DNA of 57,586 nucleotides, filler included, from Sluysia triapertura (Eukaryota): the NCBI GenBank assembly GCA_046118255.1. It is 4 parts of 4 records of this genome, joined end to end, with 100 filler letters (N's around TTAATTAATTAA, not from the genome) between each part and the next. Parts side by side here need not be neighbours in the genome. Positions count along the whole stretch, not along the records: positions 16,746 to 30,507 come from JBJNIA010021514.1; positions 30,608 to 43,474 come from JBJNIA010076495.1; 2 more parts are not named here. One strand, given 5' to 3'. Shown piece after piece: positions 20,960-33,660 of this stretch (position 1 is the first letter of the stretch; the number at the start of each line of letters is the position of its first letter). Below the pieces are notes generated by a model. The model worked only from the letters and a program-made list of their open reading frames with translations. It did not search any database and was not told where the DNA came from. Position numbers and translations under genes: made by a program.

Positions 20960-21185
20960 TAAAGCTAGAAGGACCAGAATTTTTAATACCTAGAAGGCCC
21001 ATGTGCGTCAAGTGACGCAAATGCTTGCAATTGGCTGATACTTTCAGATGTGTGTCGGAATTAAGGTTATGATATCATCGTATTTTTTTCATAATTTCCA
21101 GGTAAACTCCGGTGATGGCATTACTCAGATATGTCATTTGAGTCAATTGACTCACTTACCATCGATGTATAACATACTGCATTAA
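20960..21185. mobile_element. piggyBac-like terminal relic
   Basis: TTAA-(AG)CTAGAAGGACC start. Palindromes TGCGTCAAGTGACGCA and TGAGTCAATTGACTCA resemble piggyBac subterminal TGCGTCA...GACGCA motifs. Confidence 0.4.
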
Positions 21186-22062
21186 AAATTATTATGGAAA
21201 AGAAGTTTTGTACTTGATTGATTTAAGTTTATTTTATATTAATATATCATTGAAAAGTAAACATTGCTATAATAATCATGATAAATTATGATTCAATATA
21301 TTGAATTAGAGAAGAGGAACCTCGTTATCTTTGGAAAATTGCTGGGAGATAATAAATTGGAAGTCAACGGAATTTCGACAAAAATTGCAGTCAAAATTTA
21401 ATTATTAAAATTGGTCGGCTACAACCTACTCAAAGAATAAGCAATTATGTAAAGTAATTACGTGTATTTTCTAATTTCATCAACAAATATTTAACTGCCA
21501 CATAAGCGATTGTAATTTCGCTGCAATAACGCAAGTCGCAGAATAAACTATTAAAAATAAACTTCTCTTGTTGTATGAAAGCTGATTCAACTCTTTAATG
21601 GTAAACATTACAATTGAAGCTTTAACTTTAGCAAATGATTAAACTTTTTAATATTTTCTTTTTTGTTTTATTATGGTTAGTCAACCAACTTTTTGTTATA
21701 TTTATACTTTTTATATTGTGTTACCCCTGGATTTGAATAAGATATTTTAATAGTTGATCGTGCGGTGAAATTGATTTGTGTCATTATAGAAGTATAACTT
21801 ACTGTAATAATTTGTATTTATTTCTGACTAATTTAATTGACTTATTTTTGTTAATTTAAATTAAAGATAACACTATAACTTTTAGTATCGATATACTACT
21901 TTTACAAGCGATTTTATAAAATTTGTGGCTAATTTTAAGAATTTAAACTTCTCCATATCACCCATAAATAGATGGTTTAGCAAAAATATATCTCCTGCAA
22001 TCTTATATTAACGACTGACAAAAACAGTGAGATTTATATAGAGCACCATGTTTATTTATGTA

Positions 22063-23231
22063 GGGTAAGGTTGCTCAAGTCGTACCAAGTGCATTTTGCA
22101 CAAACTACGGCAACAACACCACATACGTCGGCAATTAAATATACATCTGAGTGAACTAAGTTGTATGACATATTACTATTTACCGTAAGCAAGCCACATT
22201 GTAAATTTTCTTCTCATCAAGTAAGTTTATTTCAATTTTCTTATAATTTTCTGGATTTGTTTGGTAGTTAATCTTCTAAGGAAATTATTGATAAAATTTT
22301 GTCTCATATTAAACATAATTTCAGTAGAATTTACCTAATCATTTGGTCGAAACGAAATCCTATTAATTTTAAGTGATGTTTAGTTTGAAATTTTAGTGTG
22401 CTATGTCTTAAGTCGTACCCATATAAGTTTTCTAAATCGTACTGGTGCGATTTAGGAAATTATTTCTTGTTTTTACATACTTGTTTTTACGTTGTTTATA
22501 TTTCATATTTTAGCCCATAATTATGTCAAGGCAGTCAAAGCGAATTTATAATGCATGGAAACAGGAAGATATGGACGAGGCGTTATTGGATTCAATGAAG
22601 CTCATAGACAATATAATATCCCTAAACCAACTTTGCGGCGTCATTTTAAGGGGTTAAATAAAATGTCAAATTTCAAAGGCCTAAGGATATGATTGAAAAC
22701 ATGGATAAGGAGTTGGTTAAACATATTCTTAGTTTAGAATCAAGCTTTTTTGGGTTTACTGCAACTGATCTAAGAAGACTTGCTTTGAGTTGGCAGAAAA
22801 ATATAAATTACCGCACCGTTTCAATAAAGAAAAACAAATTGCAGGAAATAAGTGGTATTATAACTTCATGAAGGATAATCCTTGTTTGTCTTTATGTACT
22901 CCAGAGGCAACGTCAATGGCCAGAGGCAAGACTTTCATTAAAGAAAGTGTTTATGGATTCTTTGATAAATACGAATCTATATTAAATGAATACAACTTCA
23001 GTGCTATCCAGAATTGTCCACTGTTCACAAACCATCCAAAATAATTGCTCAAAAAGGTGATACGAATTAGTTTCATTACGTGAAAGCATATAGATTTTTC
23101 TAATTTAGTTATAATACATAATACAAATATTAACAAAGTGTTGAGAAACACATTTAATTTCTATTTATTTGTTAAATCCTAAGTTTTATGCAGTTCTTTT
23201 CTTAAGGGGTACGACTTGAGCAACCTTAGCC
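22063..23231 (+). mobile_element. pogo-family DNA transposon, internally deleted (HTH_psq + CENP-B-type HTH, DDE domain lost)
   Basis: 24-bp TIR GG(G/C)TAAGGTTGCTCAAGTCGTACC with TA TSD at both ends. Frameshifted MSRQSK...WKQEDMDEAL...RQYNIPKPTLRRH...DLRRLA...AGNKWYYNFMKDNPCLSLCTPEATSMAR. Confidence 0.9.
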
Positions 23232-23279
23232 TAATTAGCTAAATATTCTTTTTATTCAAATATAAAAGATTAATTTTAA

Positions 23280-23416
23280 CTCATAACTGGCCGCTAAAAA
23301 TTCTTAATCGACCGTTTTATGGCAACACAAACAAAGCTATTCTGTCAAACAACGTCAGCGGCTACTGAATTTCAAATAAAAAATGACGTATTACTACGTC
23401 AACGGCCAGTAATGAG
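23280..23416. mobile_element. Small MITE with TTAA TSD (piggyBac-type)
   Basis: TTAA-CTCATAACTGGCCG ... CGGCCAGTAATGAG-TTAA. Confidence 0.7.
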
Positions 23417-23748
23417 TTAAAATAAATTATAAACTTTAATAACACAACGTAAATTATTAGTTTAGATAGCATTATTAATTTTATTGAAGAAAAACCGAAT
23501 AGGTAAACAGGTATCTAGAAAAAAACTAAACTTCACCTATAATTATCTGGTTGCACAACTTAATGGCACATTTATTATAATAATCTTCACTTCAGAAGTA
23601 CTGCTGACCTGTTGAAGTCACTCTAAATATCTCTAAATAATAGCAAATAATTTTCTATCTCTATGTAAAATTCAAGTTGGCATATTCACATTAACTTAGT
23701 GTTGAAATATTGTTTATACTAAATGTGCCAAATGAATAACTTTTAGAC

Positions 23749-23817
23749 GGGTCTGATAGCTCAGTTATGAATTATCATAGTTCCGTAGAAAGAGATCTTA
23801 AATTCGAATTCTATCCA
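23749..23817 (+). other. Degenerate tRNA-like/SINE head
   Basis: A-box-like TAGCTCAGTT and B-box-like TTCGAATTC at tRNA spacing. No intact cloverleaf. Confidence 0.25.
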
Positions 23818-25199
23818 TTCAATTTTCGAAGTCCAACGTAAGAAAGAAATATTTTGCTAATTACGTTTAATTTCAAAGTTGAAAAATTAACAATACTAAT
23901 TAAACCACCTTCTAATATTCTTATTTAATCCACCAAAAATAGATATATTTATCTTCTTAGACGCACTAAGATAATCAAAATCTTTAAATTAATAAAACTA
24001 AATTATGTTTTAGTAAAAGTATAAAGATAAGAAGAAAAGCCTTAAACCAAGTATCACTAGTGTCCTGGATATCTAGTCATTGTTGTATATTTTAAAAGTT
24101 AAGAGTCAAAATCTTCATAAAACTTTGGGTGCGGCTGATTTTCTTAGAACATTTAAAAAATTAAAAAAGCTGGAATACCTTATTAGCTTATTAAAATAGT
24201 AATAGTGGAAGTCAGTATGAAGTAACTTTAATAATAACAAGAAAAATTGATACAATCCTAGTTGAAAGCTTTACCTTTTAAATTTTTATATTTAAAGATA
24301 GTTTGTTCTTCTTCAATATCTATTTTAACTTTAATAAAATTAAAATTAATTTTTATGTATGAAAAATTAAAATTTATGTATTATTATTTAAATAAATAAT
24401 TAAAATATTTATAAATGAAAAAATATTATTAAATTTAATGATATGTTCCGTATATTATTCATGTTATACTAATAAAAATAAATAAGAAAGTAAACAATAC
24501 TTAATAATGCATGTATTAATAATATACCAAATACTTACTGTAATAATTATTAGTAATAAAACATTTCTTTTTACTAAATCCAAAATTTTAAAATTTAACT
24601 CAGAGTCTCATTCGATGACTTTACTTAATTTAAACGATGTATAACCTTGAATTAAAAGAAACTTCATTTTAAAAATTTAATAAAATACTTCTTAATTATT
24701 TATTATTACGTGAAATTCACTTGAAGTAAAATGGAAAAATAAAATTAAAGTTTTAAAAACCAGAATTTATAGTGTTCAAAATTTATTAAATTTTACTGAA
24801 TGTTTTCTTAAGTGGTTTACATTAAATTGTTTTTATTAAAAAAATTATCACCAATTTTAAGATGTCAAAGAGCAAAGTAATTATTCTAAAGTAATGTTGA
24901 AGTGATTACTATTTGTCATGTTTTAATGAAAGTATGAGAAATGTAAAAGTGAAGAGTACTATTTTATTGCTGTAACCAGAACTTTCAAGTGAACGATATT
25001 TTATAAATTAAATTGTCTTTTCTAAGTATCTGCGATCTAAAATCCCGATTTATATTATTGAGTAATTCATTATGTCATTTTTATTATCAAAATTTTGTTT
25101 TCCTCGATAACCTATTTTTATTTTGTGATGGCCGTAAGGCGTTATTTATTATTAATGTTAAAATGCGAGAAGCAATTAAGATAAAAGTGTTTGGTTTAT

Positions 25200-26643
25200 G
25201 ACGAAAGTTGGACTTAAGGTGCTGTAAATTGTTATGAAATTTACCGATTGAAGAAATCTTGAATTTTATTAAAATTTTATTGACTAAAGGAAAATCATAA
25301 TAAAAATTTGTAGTGTAAGTCGAAATATATTGAGCACAAACAAAAATTCATAATTTTAAAGTTCGTACAACCTATAATTCGTAACCTCGGATAGGTTTCA
25401 AATGTACGTGGCAAGATTTCGACGTAAGTCTTGAGTTCATGATAATCGAAACGGGAATTTCCAGTTATGCGATCCTCTCATGTTGACCTTGCAATTAGTC
25501 AACAGTCATATCGTGTAATCCTGATCTTAATGAACTAACATAAGCTTTTACCTTATTACCACACTGGTTGAAAATTATATTGAAAATTGCGTAAACGACA
25601 TTATACTAAATCATGAGATGAATGAAAAGATATCTTAACATTAATGACTATGTCTTTACTATCAAATTTTCTAAAATTAATATTTAAAATATGTACTGAA
25701 GATTATTCGATTCAAAATGTGGAATCTTATCACTAACAAATTGTCTAAAATTTATATTTAAAAACGTATTAATCGATTCGAAATGTTGAATCTTATTACT
25801 AATAATATCTTTAATTAAATCAGTATAAAAGGAAACTTTCACCTTTAAAATCATGCTCTTGAATAACTTTATTTCTTTTAGTCGATACACAAAATCTAGA
25901 TAAACTACTATGATCAACGAGAAAAGAATATCTAACATTTAACATTCAAAAACATCAATACATGAATAATGACTACAATTAACAATTTTACATTCATAAT
26001 CTAAAATCTTCTATATAACAATTTGAACAAATGTATTCAAAAGGATCTTCTTCACACTTTTTAGATTTATTGGCAACGATACTATCGTCAACTTCATTCA
26101 AACCATGTTTTTTAGATGCATACATTTTAAGATTCTTTGGAGTATTTACTTGTAATGATAAAATCAATTTACCAGCATAAAATAATTTCTTGTATACGAA
26201 TAATGAAAATAACCGATCAGTATCAAAATGAAGCATAAAATATTGCAAGAATTGCATTTTTGAAACTATTACATAAACTAACAATTTTAAACTAAGTTTT
26301 AACAAAAATACAATGAAAATAAAAATTTTAAATTAAAATCCTACAATTGAAATTAAATACGGCTACAAATAATAGTTCTAATTCTCTATGAAAATCCGCC
26401 AATTTTCTTCCGCTAACAAGCGTAACAAATTTAAACCTGATTCTCGAATGAAGCAGTATTTTTAGTTGCAATAGCATAATTAGTTCCAATTTTTAGAACA
26501 TCACGAGCAATTAATAATTCCTGCTTAGTAGCACTTGATTGTGAAGCGGAAACAAATGCAATTGTAATCAGCTTTGCTTTTAATGACTCTGATATTTCAA
26601 CGACAGTCGTATAATCACAATTCTTCGACTTGCAAAGACCCAA
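25200..26643 (-). pseudogene. Compact cluster of co-oriented small intronless ORFs of unknown origin (virus-like or Polinton-like)
   Basis: ORFs 26643-26431, 26305-25994 and 25938-25684 plus a decayed frame from the ATG at ~25601, separated by short spacers. No recognisable domain. Confidence 0.3.
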
Positions 26644-26805
26644 TAAATTTTGATAAGTCTTGATTAGACATTATAAAAATTAAAAATAGTATATAACTAT
26701 GTAGAACTACTTCACTCTACATAATTAGTAGGATTAAAAGTTTTACAAAAAATATATATATACATAATAGATTACAGATACTATTAAAATTTTTGGCTTG
26801 CTGCG

Positions 26806-28165
26806 GCTAGTGTTTTATATGATTATCTTATACTTAACAGCAAATTACCTGAGGGACTGGTCCACCTAATATATACGCTTTATACCACTATTGGAGACGT
26901 ATTATTAGGATTTTATGACTAAAATTTATATTAACTTTGATCGCTCGATCTGACTTTTTACATTTAAGATTTTATTAAATTGCACAACCCTTTGTTAAGG
27001 TGTTGTTGAGAAAAGTAAATTGCACAACCCTTTTATTAAGGTGCTGTTACAAAATGAGATTTTAGTTAGCGACTTATTGAGTTGCACAGCTCTTTAAATC
27101 AATTACTATTTTAGAATCCTAATGTCTTAGAGTCAAATTAACTAATAAAAATAAATAATTCGATATTTTATATTACTTATCACACTAAAAGGTGCTATAC
27201 AATACTAAAAACGAAAAAACTATAATAACAATAGTACGTTAAAATAATTCAATACTCGATTGATTATCAATAAGATTTTCATTCAAAATTACCCAACCCT
27301 ATTTAAGGTATTGGTACGAAAAATTAATAATGATTTTGAGTGTGATTTTGGTATTCCCGCTTAGGGTGAATACTTGTGCAACCTATAAATAAAAAATTAC
27401 TTTATAATTTTTGAAGACATCATGGAATTGAAATTTGACTTGAAATCCTAAATTTATGTTCTAAATTGTTCTGAGTTATATTCGGATTATTAGTCTATTT
27501 ATACTTACCTATTTGCTTTGTTTTCTAAATTTAATATGTTTCCTTTGTTTTAAAAAATTTTTCTTTATTTCTTGATAAAATATTTCTTTATTTTTAATAT
27601 GTTTCCTTTGTTTCTAAAATATTAAAAGTTTTTTCTTTATTTCTTGGTAAAAGATTTAAAATATTTCTTTATTTCTTAAAATTAATTTAAACAAAACTTA
27701 CTTTTAATTTTAAATAAAATTAATTTATATTTATATTTTTTATTTTTTAATTTGTTTTATATTTTTATTTTAAATATAATAATAATATTTATAATTTTTT
27801 TACACAAAACAAAATCATAAGAATTATAAAAATGTTCTTTACAATATTCTTAATATTTCGAATAAAATTGACTTACTTAATTTACTTCAAATAAAATATT
27901 AAGTTTGATTTCTAAACAACACCTTAACAATAAGGTTGTGAAATTTGTAAAATTTGAAATTAAATTAATATTCTTAACATATTGATTAATCATTAAACTG
28001 ATTATTATCTAGATTGCAAGGTATAAGCAAAAGCTTCCTAAGTTAAGTTATAAAATCCTAATAATAAGTCTCAAACAGTGGTATAAATCGTATATATTAG
28101 GCGGACCGACTCCTTAGATATTTTGCAGGTAAGATTAAGATTAAGTTTTCAGAAGAAACACTTGC
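26806..28165. repeat. Long diverged inverted repeat (arms ~26806-27013 and ~27909-28165) around an AT-rich spacer with internal repeats
   Basis: GGTCCACCTAATATATACGCTTTATACCACTATTGGAGACGTATTATTAGGATTTTAT matches the reverse complement of 28048-28110. CACAACCCTTTGTTAAGGTGTTGTT matches the reverse complement of 27916-27942. Tandem duplication at 27530-27675. Confidence 0.8.
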
Positions 28166-29239
28166 AATTCAAATTAAAATTATATTTTTAATTTTACGGT
28201 CCAGCGGGAAAATAATGATTTTATCTAGACTGTAGTGGCCAACACCCATAATTCAAAATTCACCAAAACCTCACAACATTTAAATCACAAATACATCAAC
28301 ACCATTTAACAACAATAACAAGTACCTAAAACAGAAAACATTATGTTACAACCCCGAATCAATTACACTAAGTCAAACTCAATTCATCTACACATAATAA
28401 TCAACTTTTTACAACAACATAGTAAATACGCAAAGATTAATTTTTTAATTTTGTTTTAAAAAATTTAATAAACCATAACCTTTTAACAAGCCTTTCAAAC
28501 CATTATATAAAGTATGAATCTCCTTTTAATTTTAAATCTTAATAAATCTCAAGAATTTATTTTAATATCATTTGTTTCACTTACAGCTTAAATCATTTTT
28601 ATCTTCAAAAATCCAAAACAAATTTTATACGGTTTTAAAGAATTTATTTTCTTCATGATGAAGCAACAACGATAACTGAAGCATAATATACCACGTTACC
28701 GTCGTTCCTTCACATAATACCAATCGTTTTTATTTACCTTTTTCTATTTCATATGTTAGAAGGAGTAGAGAATTCGAAAGAAAAGCTCGTGTAATTTTAA
28801 AAAGAAAGATTTTTGCGAGTTATTCTTTGCTTCATAATAATAATAACAATATTATTATTATTATTATTTTCAATCATCAGGCTACCTTTATATACCTAAT
28901 ATAAATCATTTTAGTCGTCACCATCATCAACATTGACACCCTGTCCACTATTTTATTAATCTATCAATATTGATCATGGTTAATCATCAAAAATTAATAC
29001 GTTACAATCACGACTGATATTATTCAGTCTAATCAATTCTAAGTCGTGATTGGATAGCCAACCAAAACGTCAGTTCGTAATTAAAAATAGTCAAAAAATT
29101 CATTAGAAAAATCACCAATAAAAAGAAAGAAAAGTTGGCACAACAATAACGGAAAATAAACAACAAAAAAGATTGCACATTTTAAACATTTTGGTAACAA
29201 TTAAAAAAATATTCCAACTATCTATTTATTTCTTAATCT

Positions 29240-30380
29240 CTAATCTGAAAGAGCAATTGATTATCATGCAAGAAATTCTAGTCACTACAAAAGTTTATCT
29301 TCATTTTGTATCGTCGTCCGGCCACGAAATTTCGCCAACTAATTTTGAACAAGAATTATCAGTCCAGCCAGTTCAACATAAAATAGATCAAAATTATCAA
29401 ACCTCAATTAATTAATCTAAAGATCACTTGGAAATCTAATATAATAAAGACCTTTTCAATGTTCTATGTCTAGTGTACAGTCAACGCTGCATATTTCAAA
29501 ATAACGAAATTACACCTATTTCTTGTGATGAACTACAACAAACACAAGATTTAATCCAAATGATTTAATTAGAATTTGCTTAAGATTATATTTTGATTTG
29601 CTATCAGAGAGACATACTATGATAAATATTAGAAATAATCCTTTTCATTTTATTATAAAGTCTATAAGTATATATTCCAATCACTTTGTTGCATATGTTG
29701 AATCCGGCAAAAATCTGTACAAAAACGATCGTTCTTCGAAGATATATCATAAATTCTCCAAAAATGACGTATTAGTTCATCTAAATCAAAAACTTGACCA
29801 GAAACGTTTCGACACGTTAAAAGACCTTTTGTTAATCACCCATGTCTCATCATTATGTAGAGAAAATTTTAATTTAGTTGTAATGTTCGAAAAGGAGTTG
29901 TTTGAAATCTAAAATTCGTCGTTTCATGATGAACAAAGTAGGAGTAAATTATCAACTCTCTAAGTATTACATGTGTCGAGCCCGAGTTAGTATGTTTTTT
30001 AGAATTATTAGATAAGAGTTGTTTGGAGTATTTATTTCATCTACTGAATCGGTTAACTGGAGATCAAGTATATATTTAATTTCCGAGACAAAAGAAATTG
30101 TGTTAAGGTGTTCCACTATAATTCAAGTTATAATAATTGATTTACTTATATCTGGCCAACTCTTGTCGACATCATTGTATGTTAACAAAACTATGCAATG
30201 AAGCTTCTGAAGTGTATTAAGAAGTGTTTTTACATTTGGACGTCATATGTAAGATTTGATTTTAGACCTATAACATTTTATATTTTGTATAGTATATTTA
30301 GATTTAGGATCGTGTGATGCAACAGAGTATAGTACAGAACAAACTCAAGTCAATGAAATATTCAAACTCCAGACATAAAC
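29240..30380 (+). pseudogene. Decayed intronless ORF, candidate endogenous Mononegavirales-like L polymerase N-terminal region
   Basis: About 370 codons of coding-like sequence with scattered stops and frameshifts (ORF-track pieces 29173, 29598, 30019). Motifs DYHARNS, IIDLLISGQLL and FGRHM*DLI in the order seen in L proteins. Confidence 0.45.
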
Positions 30381-30507
30381 TATTTGTAATAGATAATAAA
30401 AACGTGTCAATTAAGTTTTACATATTTCTTTTTAGTAGTAAAAATGTATTTTAGACTTGTTCTTATTATTCATACGACTAATTCATTTTTATAAAGAGTA
30501 CCAGAGA

Positions 30508-30607
30508 NNNNNNNNNNNNNNNNNNNNNNNNNNNNNNNNNNNNNNNNNNNNTTAATTAATTAANNNNNNNNNNNNNNNNNNNNNNNNNNNNNNNNNNNNN
30601 NNNNNNN
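30508..30607. other. Artificial contig linker (44N + TTAATTAATTAA + 44N)
   Basis: Same 100-nt structure. Confidence 0.95.

Positions 30608-30678
<71 letters not shown>
30608..30678. repeat. (TTA)n microsatellite at contig start
   Basis: Direct reading. Confidence 0.95.
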
Positions 30679-30679
<1 letters not shown>

Positions 30680-33660
30680 GCATTGAAATTCACAAAAGAA
30701 CGTACAAAGCAAGGATTACAAGCCTTCATAAGCACTAAATATTATGTTTTGTCCTAAACAAGACAATCTATGATCATAAATGAAAACTTAATCTTAATGA
30801 TTCAAGTCTTGCAGTAAATGGTTCATCCGAAGAATTTATAAGATAGAAATCTGAAAACAATAGAAATAAATTATTCTTATTTTACATATATGTATTAAGG
30901 TATTTAATATTTAAACCTTACTATATTAATTTAGTATGATTTTACACTTCTACTTAAAATGAGGTTTTCAAAAGTAAATCGAGTTTATGGAATTTTAATT
31001 GATATTTTGAAGGATAATATTTAAGAACAAAAGTAATAAGCACTGAATTTAATATTTTTAACAATCTTTCGTATTTTATAAAGATTTATGAAACTTCATA
31101 TATAAATGTTAACAAGATTTTACCAGCCTATTTAAAATCGCTGTTCATAATTTAAAAATAATTTTACTTTTGATTATAATCGTTATTTAAAATGTGCTGA
31201 AACTGACAGTAAATTTTTAAAAGTTTCTGAAATTAGATTGTCAATAAAGTGAGTGTTTGTTGCCAATGGTGGCTTTTTTGCAAATGAATTTTTTTGACCC
31301 AATCACTCTTTTTTAAGTTGAAACTAATGCGGTTTATGACTTTTATTTATATCTCACTATTTCTGTTACTGCAGTAAAAATTAGTTTGACTATTGAGCTT
31401 AAAAATTTGTAAAATTAATTTTTTTAATTGCATTTGTTGTTTAAATTACTTTTTTAAAAGTTTGAGTCAAATCATTTTTTGAAATGCGCATTTTAGAGTT
31501 ATTTATGTTAACTTTATGTTTGGTATTATTGAGTCACAATGCCATGCTTTGTTATTGAATAAATTGACCTTAAAAGTCAATTTTATCACTAGAATTATGA
31601 AAGTCTTGTACCTTTAAACTTATTATTATTATTATTAACATTAGTATTATTATTTTATTATTATTATTATTACTTACATTATTATTATTATTACATTATT
31701 TACATTATCATTATTATTGTATTAATTTATTATAAACTTAGTAATAGGTTTAAATACGCTTCAATAATTGTTTTTCGTAAATGAATAGTTAACGCGTGAT
31801 GGAAATCATCATGAATATTAATTTATATATTACTTATAAATAATGATGATGCCGTATGATAAATAAAATATTTATAACATGAGTTATTGTTTCATCATTT
31901 TCAATATTTTTAGTATCTTCCACACAAATGCATCCCAATAATGGTTTTTCTACGTCAATAAATACATATGGTTGGATCAATTTTATATATATGTGAAAAT
32001 GTTTCCCTGTGAATCGCTTACAATCTTAGTCTTACACACTTAAGGGAAAAGTTGTAAGTTGCAAACAAAAGATAGTAAGTGAAGTGATTAAATGTCTAAT
32101 GAATTTTAATATTTTCGTATGGCGATGTCAGTGTAATGTTCCGAATTAATAAAGTTACTTGACAATTAGAATTTTAACGAAGTTGTTTTTGTAGAGAATA
32201 ATACTTATTCGAAGAGATTTTAATAATCAATTTACTACCCTTCTTTTTATTTAAAAACGGTTTTTAATGAATTTTACTACCGATAAAATCGGTTTATTTC
32301 TAAAGATTTTAAGTGTATAAGTTATTACCGAATATAAATTCGGTACCTTATAATTCAATGTTTATGAAATAATCATTAGAATTCTAAAGTATATTATTAA
32401 AATAATGTAAAAATTTACAATTTTCAATTAGTATAATATATAAATAAAAATTAGCAGTTTATAATATAATCGTTTCTTTGTTAAATTATAGTTATTTTAC
32501 TAGATAGATTGAAAATATCTTTTTAAAATTAATTATTAAAGTTGAGTAAAATTTACAATTCTTTTTAAATGAAATAATAATTATTTTAATATAAAATAAT
32601 AGATTCTCAAGATCAGTATTAGGTTGTATTCAAATAAAGATAACATTCTTCAATGTTTGATGCGAATGTTTCAAAATCAGTAACATGTTGCTGCGAATAA
32701 AATTCTTCTTCAATGGAAAATTTTTGTTAGAGTTTATGTGTGATTGGTCTATTATAAATACTTTCTTATTCTGACCTTGATGTTAATTATAACAATGTAT
32801 TTTAACAAAATTATTATTTTATTTTAAATTTTAAACATTAAATTTAACAAAATTGCTTTATTTAAAATTTTNNNNNNNNNNNNNNNNNNNNNNNNNNNNN
32901 NNNNNNNNNNNNNNNNNNNNNNNNNNNNNNNNNNNNNNNNNNNNNNNNNNNNNNNNNNNNNNNNNNNNNNNNNNNNNNNNNNNNNNNNNNNNNNNNNNNN
33001 NNNNNNNNNNNNNNNNNNNNNNNAATAATGAATAATGAAGTATAATCAATATATCAAAGTATATATTTCAATTTAATGTGATTAAAAATATAAATTATTA
33101 CAATAAAATAATAACTTAAGTGGGTACTTTTGTAATTTCTCATTAAACGTATCGATTATGAAGAAAATCAGTCATTTTATAATGATTTATTGTATTCTTA
33201 TTTGATTGTTTATTAATTGGCGATTTTGTAGTAATAATCGATTTTTTCTTATTGATTATCGTATAAATAGCAATTGTTTTCGTATATTTTTAGTGTTTTA
33301 CGGGGTTAATTCAAATAATAGTAACGACATTTGTCTAAGTTAGTGGCTCAACGTGCGAAATAGTGTTTATAAGTTAAAATAACTTTAAAAAATTGAAATT
33401 TAAATTTCACTAAACATTCGAATAGCATTAGGAAATATTTACAAGCATTCTGTACAAGTTAATAAATTAATCGATTTATTAAGCGAATTATTTTTTCATA
33501 AAACAAATTTTATAGAAAATAATAATAATATTTTAATATAAATATTCTGTATTATAAATCATAACAAAACCATTGGTTTATTGTTATCTCCAATAAAATT
33601 AAAACTATAATTATGAAAAAGAGAAATATATAATTTACTAATCAATAATAAATTTTATTT

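Noticed and set aside
21300-21750. Possible LINE relic (KRNLVIFG ORF1-like motif)
   Set aside because: Single short motif, too little to call.
23530-23632. Possible upstream SOS exon on the minus strand in the second contig
   Set aside because: All frames contain a stop and there is no DH-domain similarity.
28830-28890. Minus-strand CTGATGA-TT-GAAA followed by a palindromic AAT/ATT tract, resembling a minimal hammerhead
   Set aside because: No stem I complement and no correctly placed NUH site. The palindrome is simply abutting microsatellites.
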